A stretch of 38,705 nucleotides of DNA, taken from a virus (taxonomy: Duplodnaviria > Caudoviricetes). Under the pieces are notes generated by a model, which worked only from the letters and a program-made list of their open reading frames with translations, ran no database searches and was not told where the DNA came from. The stretch is from the IMG/VR virus record IMGVR_UViG_3300026189_000012, positions 1-38,705 of that record; one strand, written 5' to 3'. Below, piece after piece: positions 24,441-37,800 of the stretch. Position 1 is the first letter of the stretch, and every line of letters begins with the position of its first letter. Made by a program: the position numbers and the translations under genes.

Positions 24441-24728
24441 TCAGGTAATAATTAAGGAAGCATCATCATCGAGTGTGATGACTGTGGACTCTCCAATGGT
24501 AACTTCTGGTCCATAGAGAGCACTATTAGTACCTGCTGGAAGAGTTACACTTGAGTTAAGAACCTTGGGATTGGTGATGATATATCCTTCACTAACGTCA
24601 TCATTTGCAAGACCACCGCCAATAGAAGATCCATCTGCTTTTCTAAAATCTGTTGCAGTGATGATTCCAACATTAGCAAGATTACGACTTGCATCAATGA
24701 TTACTTCATCGGAAATTTTGAACGACAT
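24441..24728 (-). CDS. Small virion-associated protein (95 aa)
   Basis: GIITATDFRKADGS motif; late promoter upstream. Confidence 0.65.
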   Translation of the reverse strand: MSFKISDEVIIDASRNLANVGIITATDFRKADGSSIGGGLANDDVSEGYIITNPKVLNSSVTLPAGTNSALYGPEVTIGESTVITLDDDASLIIT

Positions 24729-24759
24729 ATTTCTGAATGTGTAGGGGGTTTCCTTAAGT

Positions 24760-24767
24760 TATTTAGT
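24760..24767 (-). promoter_or_regulatory. Late promoter ACTAAATA
   Basis: Intergenic, upstream of 24441..24728. Confidence 0.55.
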
Positions 24768-24768
24768 C

Positions 24769-25410
24769 TTATGACGTTTTTGTCTGATTACCAATGACTA
24801 GAAATTCAGCATCTCCAGTCTTCAAAATAGTGAATGTATAAATGTCAACGCCACTTGATCCACCATCAGTTGGAGCACCATTAACCCAGTTAATTGTTTC
24901 TGCGGATCCACCATCAATCGTGAGACCATTGATGTAATAACTTGCATCATCTACGGCAGTAATTGCATTGACTGTGATTGCCTCTCCGGCAGACATTTTA
25001 TTATTCACACCCATTGCACAATACAAATTGAGTGATGTAGTCGATCCTAATGTATTGCTACGATAATCAACCATTCCAGTATCTAAGTCGATTTGATTAT
25101 CAGTATTGAAATCTAATGCAGAGAAGTTAAATGTCTCTTTGATTAAGTTTCCTCCATCAAAGTGAGCTCCCCTAAATGTTGAAATGCCTGCAAGAACTTG
25201 AATACCACTTCTTGCGGTAATCAGTCCAACAGCATCAATATTGGTGACATCTTCATATGTTAAGAGTCCCCCAATCGTAGCATTTCCAGTGATGTTGATG
25301 TCACCATCTCCACTCAGAGTCTTACCAGCAGGAAGTGTTGCACCTTCTTTCAGTTCAACAGCACCTGTGCCTGGTTCGTCAACTATTTTATTAACTCTAA
25401 TTTCTGACAT
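24769..25410 (-). CDS. Tail-fibre-associated protein (213 aa)
   Basis: LTYEDVTNIDAVGLITARSG motif typical of cyanophage fibre-like proteins. Confidence 0.75.
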   Translation of the reverse strand: MSEIRVNKIVDEPGTGAVELKEGATLPAGKTLSGDGDINITGNATIGGLLTYEDVTNIDAVGLITARSGIQVLAGISTFRGAHFDGGNLIKETFNFSALDFNTDNQIDLDTGMVDYRSNTLGSTTSLNLYCAMGVNNKMSAGEAITVNAITAVDDASYYINGLTIDGGSAETINWVNGAPTDGGSSGVDIYTFTILKTGDAEFLVIGNQTKTS

Positions 25411-25433
25411 TAGTATGAAAACTCCTTATATTC

Positions 25434-25441
25434 TATTTATG
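25434..25441 (-). promoter_or_regulatory. Late promoter CATAAATA
   Basis: Overlaps the stop of 25437..25790, upstream of 24769..25410. Confidence 0.6.
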
Positions 25442-25790
25442 TAAAAATACCAAGTGTATTTGTTCTCATAACAGTATCATCCGCAATTGTGAGAATTGCA
25501 TTTGGGCCAACATGAATATCTTTCGCAAGAGTGAACGCAATGTATCCATGCTCTTCGTCAGATTCAATGGTTTCAAATGCTGATTCGGGAACTTCTAGGA
25601 TTTTTGGTGTCTTAAATACATGCTTTAGTGCAGATCGTGGATGAGATGATAGAGCAATTCCAACTCCACCTCCACCAGACTCAATGGTAGAACCGTCAGA
25701 TTTCTTAAAATCTGTAGCGGTAACAACTCCAGCAAAGTTTGCACCGTTATCAAATGAATCACCAATAAGTTGTACTCTTGTTTGAGACAT
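25437..25790 (-). CDS. Small virion-associated protein (117 aa)
   Basis: MSQTRVQLIG...GVVTATDFKKSDGS; late promoter upstream. Confidence 0.65.
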   Translation of the reverse strand: MSQTRVQLIGDSFDNGANFAGVVTATDFKKSDGSTIESGGGGVGIALSSHPRSALKHVFKTPKILEVPESAFETIESDEEHGYIAFTLAKDIHVGPNAILTIADDTVMRTNTLGIFT

Positions 25791-25811
25791 TATGATTAGA
25801 ACTTTATTGAT

Positions 25812-25819
25812 TATTTATT
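25812..25819 (-). promoter_or_regulatory. Late promoter AATAAATA
   Basis: Immediately after the terminator, upstream of 25437..25790. Confidence 0.65.
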
Positions 25820-25822
25820 CAT

Positions 25823-25847
25823 AAAAAAAGGGGGACTTTCGTCCCCC
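25823..25847 (-). terminator. Rho-independent terminator of the giant fibre gene
   Basis: GGGGGAC-GAAA-GTCCCCC followed by T7 on minus. Confidence 0.92.
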
Positions 25848-25874
25848 GTAAAGTTATTCAGATGAGATCAAGAA

Positions 25875-28800
25875 TCACTTCTTGAGTTCGTCGATTTCTT
25901 CCTTCAGAGACTTGACAGCCTCGATCAGGATACCGACCAGACCGTTATAGTTAACGGACTTGTACTCACCGTTGCCAACCAGTTGTGGAGCAACTTGCTC
26001 GACATTCTGAGCAGAAACGCCCATTGCTGCCTTGCCGTTGTTCTTCCAACTCCAGTTGATACCCTCAAGATTCTGGATCATTTCCATCGCGTTATCGATA
26101 ACGGAGATGTCCTGCTTGAGTGTGATGTCAGATGTTGCGTTGAAGTTTTGTGCTTCAACACCTGCGCTGTTGATCTTCGCAGCCTGAGCACCATCACAGA
26201 CGACAGATACTTCACCAGGTGCTGGGCATCTGATTCCTGTATCTGAGTCTGCAGCGAATGTCAGTTCAGGAGTTCCATTGCTTCCGGAAGGAAGAACGAC
26301 TCTTGCACCTTCATTCTGCAGTTTGATCCACTGACCTGCGTGAGCATAGTAACCCGCGCCGGTTGTGTGGACGTGTGCGAACATACCGTGATATGTAGAC
26401 GCACTTGGCAGATCTGCCTCGGTCATGTAGACGTTGGAGTATGTGATCTTATTGGATCCCATATCCAGATCGCCTGTCAGTGTTCCGCCAGTTGTCGCGA
26501 GACGACTTGACAGATCAGGTGAAGCACTTGCAACCTGAGCATCAACATATGACTTGTTAGCCAGATGAGCCGCGTCAGTTGGCAGAGTTGCAGCAGTTAC
26601 GTTACTTGTGAAAGTAGCGGTACCATCAGCACCAATAGTTGAAGAGTTGCTAGGAAGTGATTCGGTGAACTCAAACTTCGATGAGTGATATGAATAAACC
26701 TTAATCTCGCCAGTAATTGGTGTAGGAGGAGTGATTGTAATAGTACCACCCCAAATCGTTACTGCACAAGTGAAGAGGTTTTGCTGTGCTGCAATAGCAT
26801 TACCAGAGAAGAGAGTTGTAGCATTTGTACTACTGTACCAGTTTTCATCTGCAGTAGCAGTCCAACCATCGTCAACAAGGATTTGAACGCCATCAACAGT
26901 AACGTAACCAGCAGATCCGAAATGAGCTGTATTAGTATTCCGGACTGTAATCTGTGATACGTTTGTGCCAGTGTAGGTAACTTCCCCTCTGCCACCATTG
27001 TAGCGAGTTGTAACAGTTCCTGGATCACCAGCGCCGGAAGTATCTCCAACGGTCAGATCACCAGTCAAAGTACCGCCAGTTGTCGCGAGAACACTTGACA
27101 GATCAGGTGTTGCATTGTCAACATACTGCTTGGTTGCAGCCTCTAAGTTAGAGGTTGGATCACTAGCAAGTGTTAGTGTTCCGGTCATTGTTCCACCAGT
27201 CTTCGCAAGAAGATCGGTATTATCAATGGTAGCAATTTGTGCAGCAACGAAGTCAGCGTCAACCTTGTTAGCGATTTGTGCGTTAACGTAGGTTGTATCT
27301 GCCTTATCAGCCAGTTGAGTATTGACGAATGTAACATCCGCTTTATTTTGTGCAACGTCATCAACGTACTTCTTGGTTGAAGCTTCGTTGTCCTGAGTAG
27401 GAGCACCTTTCAGGATCAGATCGCCAGTCAGTGTACCACCATCCTTACTCAGTTTGGCAGCATTAACAGCAGCGATTTGATTATCAACGAACTTCTTAGA
27501 AGTTACGTCGTCATCATTGGTGAGAAGTTCAGTCGCAATGGTCTTAACTCTCTTTCTGTTGCCCAGACGATCCTTGAATTCGATCTCGCCATCACCAGCC
27601 TTGGTCATGACAGTACCATTCAGGTCGATCTCGTCAGTATCTGGATTGATTGTGATCGTTCCAGTACCGATGTCCAGTTGACCGGTGACACGCATTGTAC
27701 CTTCGACAACAACGTCGGAAGTATATGTTGTACCCGTACCAACCTTCAGAGCACCCAGTTCAGCAGTTGTACTTGTGACGTTTGTGCCAGAGATTACACT
27801 AGCACCAGTTACATCACCAGTTACGTTACCAGTTACGTTACCAACAAACTCGGATGCCTGCATTGCCTTGTTAGAGATCCATCTGTCGTCAGAAGAATCG
27901 TATGTGAAGGTTGCATTAGCACCAGCAACTGTCAGACCAGCACCATCTGCCTGTGAAGCATTTGCTGCATTGCCTGCGAGTGTGAGGTTAACGTCATCAA
28001 TCTCAACGGAAGTTGAGTTGATTGTGGTTGTTGTACCCTTGACTTCAAGGTTACCCAGAATGTAAACATCGCCAGTGTTATCACCGATTCCTGAAGGATC
28101 GATTGTGATTGAGGAAGGTCCAGTAATGGATGTTCCGGAGACGATGATTGACTGTCCGAGGTCGCCAGTTGCAAATGTTGTTGCAGTGACGATACCGGCG
28201 AAGTTGCCTGTACCTGCACTACTTGCAGCAATTGCACTATCAACGTAGCCCTTATTGGCCGCGTGGAAGTCAGCGTTAGGAGCACCTGCGAGTACCAGGG
28301 ATCCTGTCAGTGTACCACCTGCAAGAGGCAGTCTTGTTGCGATGTTGTCATCAGTGTACTTCTTAGTAGCAGCCTGATTATCTACGCTAGGAGCACCATT
28401 CAGTACCAGATCACCAGTCATGATGGAACCAGACTTGCTGACCAGCAGGTCGTCTTGGTTGTCAACATAACGCTTCGTCGCAGAGTGAAGATCCAGAGCT
28501 GGATCAGCGTGCAATGAAAGGAATCCGGACATTGAACCGCCAGCAGTCTCAAGATTATCGATGTTGTTAATCTGAGTTGTGACGTATGATGTGGTTGCGT
28601 AGTTTGCATCGTTAGCAAGATCAGAAACTACGAGAGTTCCTTGACCGAGACTATCGACCAGAGCAGGTACGTTAGTGAAGTTTGCATAGTTCAGATAGTA
28701 TGCACCAGTGTTTCCACCGAGTTGGGATGCATTGGATGCAGTTGCTGCATTACCGGTTGTATCCTGATTACCTGTTGTGTTTACACCAGGCAGATCGATG

Positions 28801-31800
28801 TTTGCGGATCCATTGAAGGATACGCCACCGATTGTTCTTGCAGTTGCGAGAACTGTTGCAGATGCAGCATTTCCAGTTGTGTTCTGATTACCAGCAACGT
28901 TTACACCAGGCAAATCGATGTTTGCGGATCCGTCGAAGGATACACCACCGATTGTTCTTGCAGTTGCAAGAGCGGTAGCAGAATCAGCATTACCTGTTGT
29001 ATTCTGATTACCTGTTGCATTAACACCTGGCAGAGTGATTGATGCAGAACCGTCGAATGATACACCACCAATGTTCACAGGAACAGCAAGTTTGGTTGCA
29101 GTTGTTGCAGCGAGCGCATTAGTTGCGAATGTTGCAGTTGCAGCGTTACCTGAAGTATCCTGAGTACCTGGGAGGTTTACACCTGGCAGGTCGATTGATG
29201 AACCACCATCGAATGCAACACCACCGACGTTAATTACAGATGCCAAGGCAGATGCTGTAGCAGCATTACCGGAGGTATTCTGATTACCAGCGATGTTTAC
29301 ACCAGGGAGGTTGATTGGAGCAGAACCATCGAACAGTACACCACCAACGTTGACAGCAGTTGTCAGACGATCAGCAGTTGTTGCGATTCCAGCGTTGATT
29401 GCATAGGTTGCAGTTGCAGCCAATGTTGCGGTATCAGCATTACCTTCCAGAGCACCAACAAACTTGGTGTTAGCAGTAATAGTTGTACCAGTTACAGGTG
29501 CAGGTGTAGAACCAGCGCCACCAACTTCACCATCAACAGAACCGATAAACTTGTTAGCGGTGAGTTCGCCTGTAACAGTTGTGTTACCGGACTTAGGCAT
29601 CAGATGTGAATCATCGAATGCAGGAATTGCAGCGATGTCAGCATCGATTTCAGCGGAGAGAGCAGCAGATGCAGTTGCGATTGCAGCATCTCTTGCAATT
29701 ACCTCAGCACCGATTGCGTTGCTAAGTGCAGTTGCGGTTGTTGGATCAGACTCCAGAGTATCCAGTCTACCGGACAGTGCTGAATCAGCATTTGCACGAG
29801 TAGTTGCTTCTGCGGAAAGCGCAGTTGCAGTTGTAGGATCGGCTTCCAGTGTATCCAGTCTGCCAGATAGTGCTGTATCAGCAGATGTTCTAGCGGTTGT
29901 TTCTGCACTCAGAGCAGTTCCAGTTGTTGGATCAAGTTCCAGAGCATCCAGTCTACCAGACAGAGCGTTATCAGCGTTCAGTCTTGTGGTTGCCTCAGCA
30001 CTCAGTGCAGCACCTGTAGTAGGATCTGCTTCCAGAGTATCAAGTCTTCCAGACAGAGCGGTGTCAGCATTAGCACGAGCTGTAGCTTCAGCAGAATCTG
30101 CATTTGCACGGGCGGTTGCCTCGGCAGTCAGAGCAGTGCCTGTAGTTGGATCAGCCTCAAGGGTATCCAGTCTACCGGACAGTGCGTCGTCAGCATTGAT
30201 TCTTGCAGTCTCTTCAGCGGCATCAGCATTTGCTCTTGTTGTTGCTTCATTACTGATCTGATTGACCAGTGATGTAGAAACATCATTTCCATCAGACATT
30301 GCAGTTGCAATCTCAGACAGTGTGTTGAGAGCAGATGGAGCATTATCAACGACAGAAGCGATTCTCTCGTCAACATACTTCTTGTTAGCAAGGTGTACGT
30401 CTGCAGTTGCTGTGGTACCAACGCTAACGTTTCCTGCGAAGGATGCGTCACCAGTTGAACCAAGAACAATCTTATCTGTGGCGATTGTTACGTCACCAGA
30501 GATGTTACCGCCTGCCTTATCATACTTGAGAGCATCAGCAGCGATTCTAGCATTGGTTTCTGCAGTCAGAGCAGCACCAGTTGTAGGATCAGATTCTAAT
30601 GTATCAAGTCTACCGGACAGTGCAGTGTCAGCAGCAGCACGGGTTGTTGCTTCTGCACTCAGTGCATTTGCGGTTGTAGGATCTGCTTCCAGAGTATCAA
30701 GTCTTGCAGACAATGCTGAGTCAGCATTTGTTCTAGCAGTACTCTCAGAACTCAGAGCGGTTCCAGATGTTGGGTCAGCTTCCAGGGCATCGAGTCTACC
30801 GGACAATGCGGTATCAGCAGATGCTCTAGTTGTTGCTTCTGCACTCAGTGCAGTTGCAGTTGTTGGATCAGCCTCAAGGGTATCCAGTCTTCCAGACAGT
30901 GCAGTGTCGGCAGCAGCACGAGTTGATGCCTCATTATCAATGTTGGTCTGGAGTGTAGTGTCAGCCGCTTCATACAGTGCTGTAGCAGCATCGACTGCAT
31001 TTGTGATTGCATTGTTTCTTGCAGTTACTTCTGCGGAAATAGCAGCAGCTCTGTTTGCAATCTCATCATCAATCTTACCATCGAGTACGTTATCTGCAGA
31101 GATTCTTGCAGTTTCTTCACCAGAAACAGCAGATGTTCTAGCAGCAGTCTCAGCACTCAGATCTGCAGCGACAGCATAGTAGGAAGGAAGTTGTCCACCC
31201 AGTCTAGTTGCTTCAGCAGCAGTTCCACTGATGTCCTTATTCAGGGTTGCAGGGATTCTGTCCTGATTGATCAGACCAGCGTTGATGTTAGCAGCATCTG
31301 TAAGGTTAGTTGCAGTTGTTGCTGTATCAGCATTACCAGTCAGGTCACCAGTTACATTACCTTCAACAGCACCTCTGAACAAGTCAGCGGTCAGTCTGTT
31401 AAGAGCAGGATTGTACTTCAGATCGGAATCTGTAGCAACATTTTGGAATCCTGTTCCGTTTTGTACGAATGTCAGGAATCTCTCAGTGTCGGTAACGTTA
31501 TCAGACTGAACATCAAGTGTTGCAGACTGAGTTGCACTACCAATGAGATCGCCAGCGGTCAGATAGTTCAGATCATTGTTGAATGCAGAAATATCCGTAG
31601 GAGTTCCTGTCAGATCTGAATATGCACCGGAGAATGTTACGACACCAACTGTGGTTTCCAGAGCGGAAAGATCAGCAGCGGTTGCGTAGTATGCCTTAGA
31701 CTCTCCACCGAGCAGTGAGGAATCAGCAGCAAGTGTTGCTGTATCAGCGTTACCTGTTACGTTACCTGTCAGAGCACCGACAAATGTTCCTGTTGTCAGG

Positions 31801-34800
31801 GTATTTGATGCGGGGTTGTAGACGAGGTTACCATCACTCTTCGCACGGGATTGACCGGATGCGCTAGAGGACATCATCAGGTAGTGTGCAGCGTCTGCAT
31901 CAGCAGCGCCATCAATTCTTACATTCTGTGAGTTGATTGCTTCATCAGCATCGTCTGCATGATCGGCGGTAAGTGCATTACCAGCCAGGTCTGCAGTAAT
32001 TGTACTAGCAGCGAAGTTTCCGTTTGCATCGCGTGCAACAACTGTGCTTGCAGTGTTGGTTGCGGTTGCATCGATACTAACCTCGAATGTTGCAGCGCCA
32101 GAACCATTGTAGGTTGCACTACCAGAGAGGTGTGTATCGGTGGACATTGACAGTGTGCTGAGTGAAGTACCCAGTGCATGTCCGGAAATTGTGCTGTTTG
32201 CAAGTTTATCGTTAGGAATAGAACCTGCGAGTTGTGCGTTAGCAATTGTGCCAACCAGTGACTCAGTCTTGTAACCAGTTGCATCAACCAGATCGAATGC
32301 AGGAGTTGCATCGGTCTCGCCAAGATTCAGTGAGATACCACCGAAGGAAACGGACTGATTAGCCAGTTTATCGTTAGCAATCGCACCAGCAAGTTGTGCA
32401 TTGGTGATTGTACCGGTCAGTGCTGTGGTAGGCAGGTTTGTTGCGTCAGCAAGATCGAAAGCAGGAGTTGCATCAGATGCACCCAGTGCGAGTTCGACAC
32501 CACCGAAGGAAACTGTTGAGTTAACCAGTGAAGCATTTGCAACATTGGTCAGTGTGTTTGCAGCACCATCGATTGACTTACCTGTCAGGGTCTGTGCGTC
32601 GGATGAACCAACAACATCGCCTGTAGGCATTGACTTGCCAAGAACTGTAGTTGCAGTCAGAACTTCGTTGCCATTAACCTGATAAACTTTACCAGCAGCA
32701 ATGTTGATGTTCTCACTTGACTTCAGTGCAGAGTTAGCAAAGTCATATACGAATGTTGCGTTTGCACCATCGATTGTAAGACCAGCGCCATCAACAGCAG
32801 AAGCAAGAGTTGCACCCTTAGCGACTGTGATGTTTGCATCGGTTACATCTAATGTTGCAGTGTTGATTGTTGTGGTTGTACCGTCAACGATCAGGTCACC
32901 CTTGATTCTCAGTGTTCCAGCAGCGTCATCGTCACCAGCAGGATCGAGAACGATCTCAGCAGGACCAGACAGCTTAGCACCGGTCATTTCCAGACCGCCA
33001 GCAGTTACGAATGAATCCGCAGTTGCAGTGCCTGTAACAGTTACGCCAGATGTTGTTGCATTGATTCTATCAGCACCCAGACTGTCAATCAGTTTGGTGG
33101 AATCAACAACAGCATATGAACCATCGCCTCTGAGGAATGTAGTTGCGTCTGCAGTTCCTGTACCCAGGTTTGCAGGATCAACAATACCGGAAAGATTAGC
33201 AACATCCAGATCACCGACAAGAGTATCAGCAGCAAGAGTTCCACTAACAGTGAGACCAGCGGCAGATGCCTGTGCCTTGATTTGTCCGTTGTCATCCTTC
33301 AGTGCGGTTGAATCAACTTCCTTCCAAGTACCATCTCCACTCAGGAATGTAGTACCATCAGCAGTTCCAGCACCTAAACGTGCAGTAGCGACTGTACCAG
33401 ATGTGATGTTAGAAGCATCGATATCTGCAGTCAGATTCTGTGCAGTAATGTCTCCGATAACGGTCAGGTCATCGTTAACAGCAACAGCGCCAGCACCGTT
33501 ACCACGCAGTGTGAGGTTTGTATCTTCGGTCTTAGACTCGATGACATCTGCAGCAAGGTTACTATTAAACTTAACAGCACCAGCAGTAGATGTAATTTCA
33601 AATCCAGTATTAACAACCAGGTTACCCTTCAGTTGTACGCTTCCTGATCCACCAACATCAGATGCAGGTGAAAGTTCGATGTCACCAGTTCCAGTTGTCT
33701 GAACAGACAGGTTCTGGTTAGGATCGGCAGAAACAACGATTGTATCGTTATCAGAGTGCAGAACCTTCTGACCGTCGATATACAGTGAAGCATCAGCAAG
33801 ATAAAGGTCTCTCCAAGTTCTATCAGGTGAACCCAGATCGTATGTGTTATCTGCGGATGGAATGATTGAACCAGAAACGGCTGCATCGCCATTCAGGGTC
33901 AGACTTCCAACAGAAATATTACCAGTGATTGCTGCGGAATCTGCAGTAATTGCACCAGTTGCAGTAATTGCAGCAGCATCAATACTTGCAGCAGTGATTC
34001 CACCAGACAGACTCATGGACTGTTGGTTAACGAATCCTGCACCGTTGTATACCAGAATGTCATTCTGCGCAAGAGCACCAAGTGTTACGTCCTTCAGGTC
34101 TCCCATGAATTCGACAACACCAAGTCCACCACCAGCAACAGCATATGAGTGGAATTCAACAACATCACCTTCGAACAGAGGTTCTACGAGTGTGATTGAA
34201 GTCTCGTCGGTTGCTGTATACTCGTTGAGGTTTAACTTAACACCGTTAACGAATACGTCAAGGAAGTTTGCATTATAATCGAAGAAGAATTGTGTATCGC
34301 CTTCAGCTGCGACTTGTGACTGGGTTGTTCTTGTTTGTGGGAGAATCTCGGTCAGATCCTGCCAAACAAGGTTGCCAGTTGTTACGTCGATACCAATGGT
34401 CTGTTTCTCACCACCGGAAGAACCTGTGGAGTCATAGATCTTGGTATTAACTCTGAACTCGTTGAATGTTGAGATTCCGACTGAATATACATCACCGGAA
34501 AGGTCAGCACTAACAATACCAGCAGAGAAACTGCCGTCTGCATCGCGAGCAACAATTGTGCTTGCAACATCAGCGGAAGTAGCATCGACACTGATTGTCA
34601 GAGTATCGTTTGAAGCGTCTGTTGATACGTGAGTATCACCAGCGATTGTCATTGTATCATTGAGGAACTCAATGACTTCAGAACCTGTATCGCCCGCAAG
34701 GGTCATAGCAGTTCCGATTGCAACAGTTGAAGACTCGCTCAGGCGACCCTTTGCATCAACTGTGAATGTTGGGATTGCAGTTGCAGAACCATAAGATCCA

Positions 34801-37800
34801 GCAGCAACGCCAGTGTCAACCAGTCCAAGTTCAACCTTAGTTCCAGTTGCAGTACCGCTGATTTCTCCGTCAACACCTTCGATTGCCAGAGTTTCAGTCT
34901 GTTGATCAATATCAATTGCACCAACGTCAGATGAAACATCCAGAGTTGTGTCAACTTGAACTGTACCAGCTGCGGTCAGACGACCTTTCTCGTCAACTGT
35001 AAATGTAGGAATTGCAGTTGTAGAACCGTATGAACCAGCAGTTACTGTTGTATCGGAAAGATCCAGGGTTACAGCAGCATCTTCTGTACCGGAGTTGGTA
35101 ACATCAATGTTTGTAGCGGTAATTGTAGCAACATAGTTACCAGTTGTATCTGTTGCAAGATCAACAGAGTTTGGCTGGATTGTTGCGACACCGGTAGAAT
35201 CGATCAGAATGTCTCCAGATACCTTACTGAAGGTATAAACAGGCATACGATCAACTGTCATGCTGCGGTTAGTTCCATCAGCACCATCGTCAACGATCAT
35301 CAGATCGCCATCAGCGATTGGTGTGCCAATTTCAGCAACAGCATCGATATCAAGAGCAGAAATCTTGACCTTGTTTGCATTATCAATGAAGTCAATGTAG
35401 TCATCATTGATTGCAGTGCCCTGCCATACACCAGTGTTGATTGTTCCAACAACTTCCAGAGAAGAGTTAACAACGGCAGCACCCAGTGTTGTAGCACTCA
35501 GAACTGAAGTATTGTCAATCTTATAAACCTTACTTACAGCAAGATTCATGTTCTCGGATGAACCGAAGTTCAGACCAATCTCTTCGAATTGGAAGGTCTT
35601 AGCGCCATCAGCACCAGCCTCGATTGTAAGACCACCACCATTTGCAACAGCGTTGCTTGTAGCACCGTCTGCCAGAGTGATGTTCTTATCAGCAACAGCC
35701 AACTCAACAGAGTTAACGGTTGTAGTTGTACCCTTAACAATCAGATCGCCCATGACATACAGTTCGCCTGTATTGTCGCCGATACCGGCAGGATCAATTG
35801 TGATTGAAGAAGGACCAGTAATGGATGTTCCCGTAACGATGATGGAATCGCCTTCGTTACCTGTTCTGAATGAAGCAGCATCCATGTTACCAGAGACAGC
35901 AACGTTCTGATTCAGTGAAACAGAAACCTTGTTATCGGTAACTTCAGTTGTCAGGTTTGAATCGCCTTCGAAGTCGAGTACATCATTCAGCAGATCAACG
36001 GCATCGCTACCACTGTCACCAGTGATTGAGAGTTCAGTAGAAACTGAAGTTGTTGTTGCAGATGTGATACGACCTCTGCTATCTACAGTGAAGATAGGCA
36101 GTGAACCAGTTGCACCATATGTTCCAGCACTTACGCCAGTTGTTGTCAGACCAACCTGTACAGCACCACCTTCGCCGTTACCGGCAATTGTGATATCACT
36201 CAGACCAGAATCAGCAACAGACTCAACATAGTCGCCAGTTGTATGTGTTCTCAGTTCAACGGAATCGGGTTGTTGAGTTACACTGATAGTAACGTCAGAA
36301 CCACCATTGAAATCGACATTACCTACGACAGGACCATCAATTGCGATGTTTCTTGTGGTCTCAAGTTCGTCAGCAGTTGTTGCAATCAGTGCTCTACCAG
36401 TCAGATCAGCAGTGATCATTCCAGCAGCGAAATCGCCGTTAGCATCTCTTACAACAGCCTTATCTGCAATGTTTGCAGAATCCCCTTTCAGAGAAACAGT
36501 CAGGTTAGAACCTACAACTTGTGTCTCAATGTAATCGCTACCCAGAACGGACAGTCCGTCATTCAGCAGGTTAACACTACCATTTCCTGAACCGTCATCC
36601 AGTGACAGTGCAGTAGAGATAGCAACGTTAGTTACACCAGTTACAAGACCCTTAGCATTAACTGTGAACTGAGGAACCTGACTTGGTGAACCAAATGTTC
36701 CAACGTTGGTGTTAACATTGTTCAGAGTCAAGTTCAGAACAGGGCTCTGTGTTCCGTTGAAGTCAACAGCAGGTGCAGTTGCATCGCCAGAAGCAGCAAA
36801 TGTGCGGGTGGTTTCCAGTTGAGTTGCACGATCGGCAAGACCGATGAAGCGACTTGCAGTGATTTCACCAGCAGAGAAGTTACCAGATGCATCTCTTGCA
36901 ACCAGTGTGCTGACTACGTTTGCAGAACCAGCTTCAACGTTAACAATAATTTCATTAGTATCAACTGAAGTATTAACGTATGTTGAACCAGTGATTGACA
37001 GAGTCTCGGTCAGAAGATTGATATCTACTGAACCAGCATCAGCATCGATATTCAGATCGGTAGAAATATCTACACCACCAGCGGCAGTCAGACGACCCTT
37101 CTCATCAACAGTGAATGTTGGAATCTGTGTGGATGAACCATAGTCACCGGCAGTTACACCAGTTGAATCCAGAGTTGTATTCAGAACAACGTTACCAGTT
37201 GCATCGAAAGATACAGCAGGTGCGTCTACATCACCAATGATGCTGAACTCTCTTGCAGTTTGCAGTGCAGTTACTGTATCAGCATTGCCAGTCAGAGGAC
37301 CAACGAATGAAGTTGCAGTAATGATACCAGAGGTATTAACACTGTTGGAGATATTTGCATCACCAACCAGCATATTACCGCTGACGGTAGGCATTGTGAC
37401 TTCAACGTTATCTGTCAACTGAGCATTAGTTGCAGACTTCAGTCTTGAATAATAAGTGTTGTTAACGTCATCGAACAGGTCGATTCCAGCAACAGAACCA
37501 TCATCAGACTTAACTTCAATTGTGTTTGTAACAGTTGTGATTCCGGTGTTAACCAGACCATCAGCACTTGTAGAAACAGCAGCACCACTCAGTTCTCCAC
37601 TAAATTCTGGAGCAGTAACGGTATCGTCAGCATTAATACTACCACCAACGGTTGCGTTACCAGTTGCAGCAGCAATGCTGAACTTGGTACCATTGATTGT
37701 AAGGTCTCCAGTCAGATCGAGTGAAGAATCAAGAGTTGCAAGGCCAGTTACATTCAGTGTGGAAAGTGTTGTATTACCAATTACATCCAAAGTGCTATCA

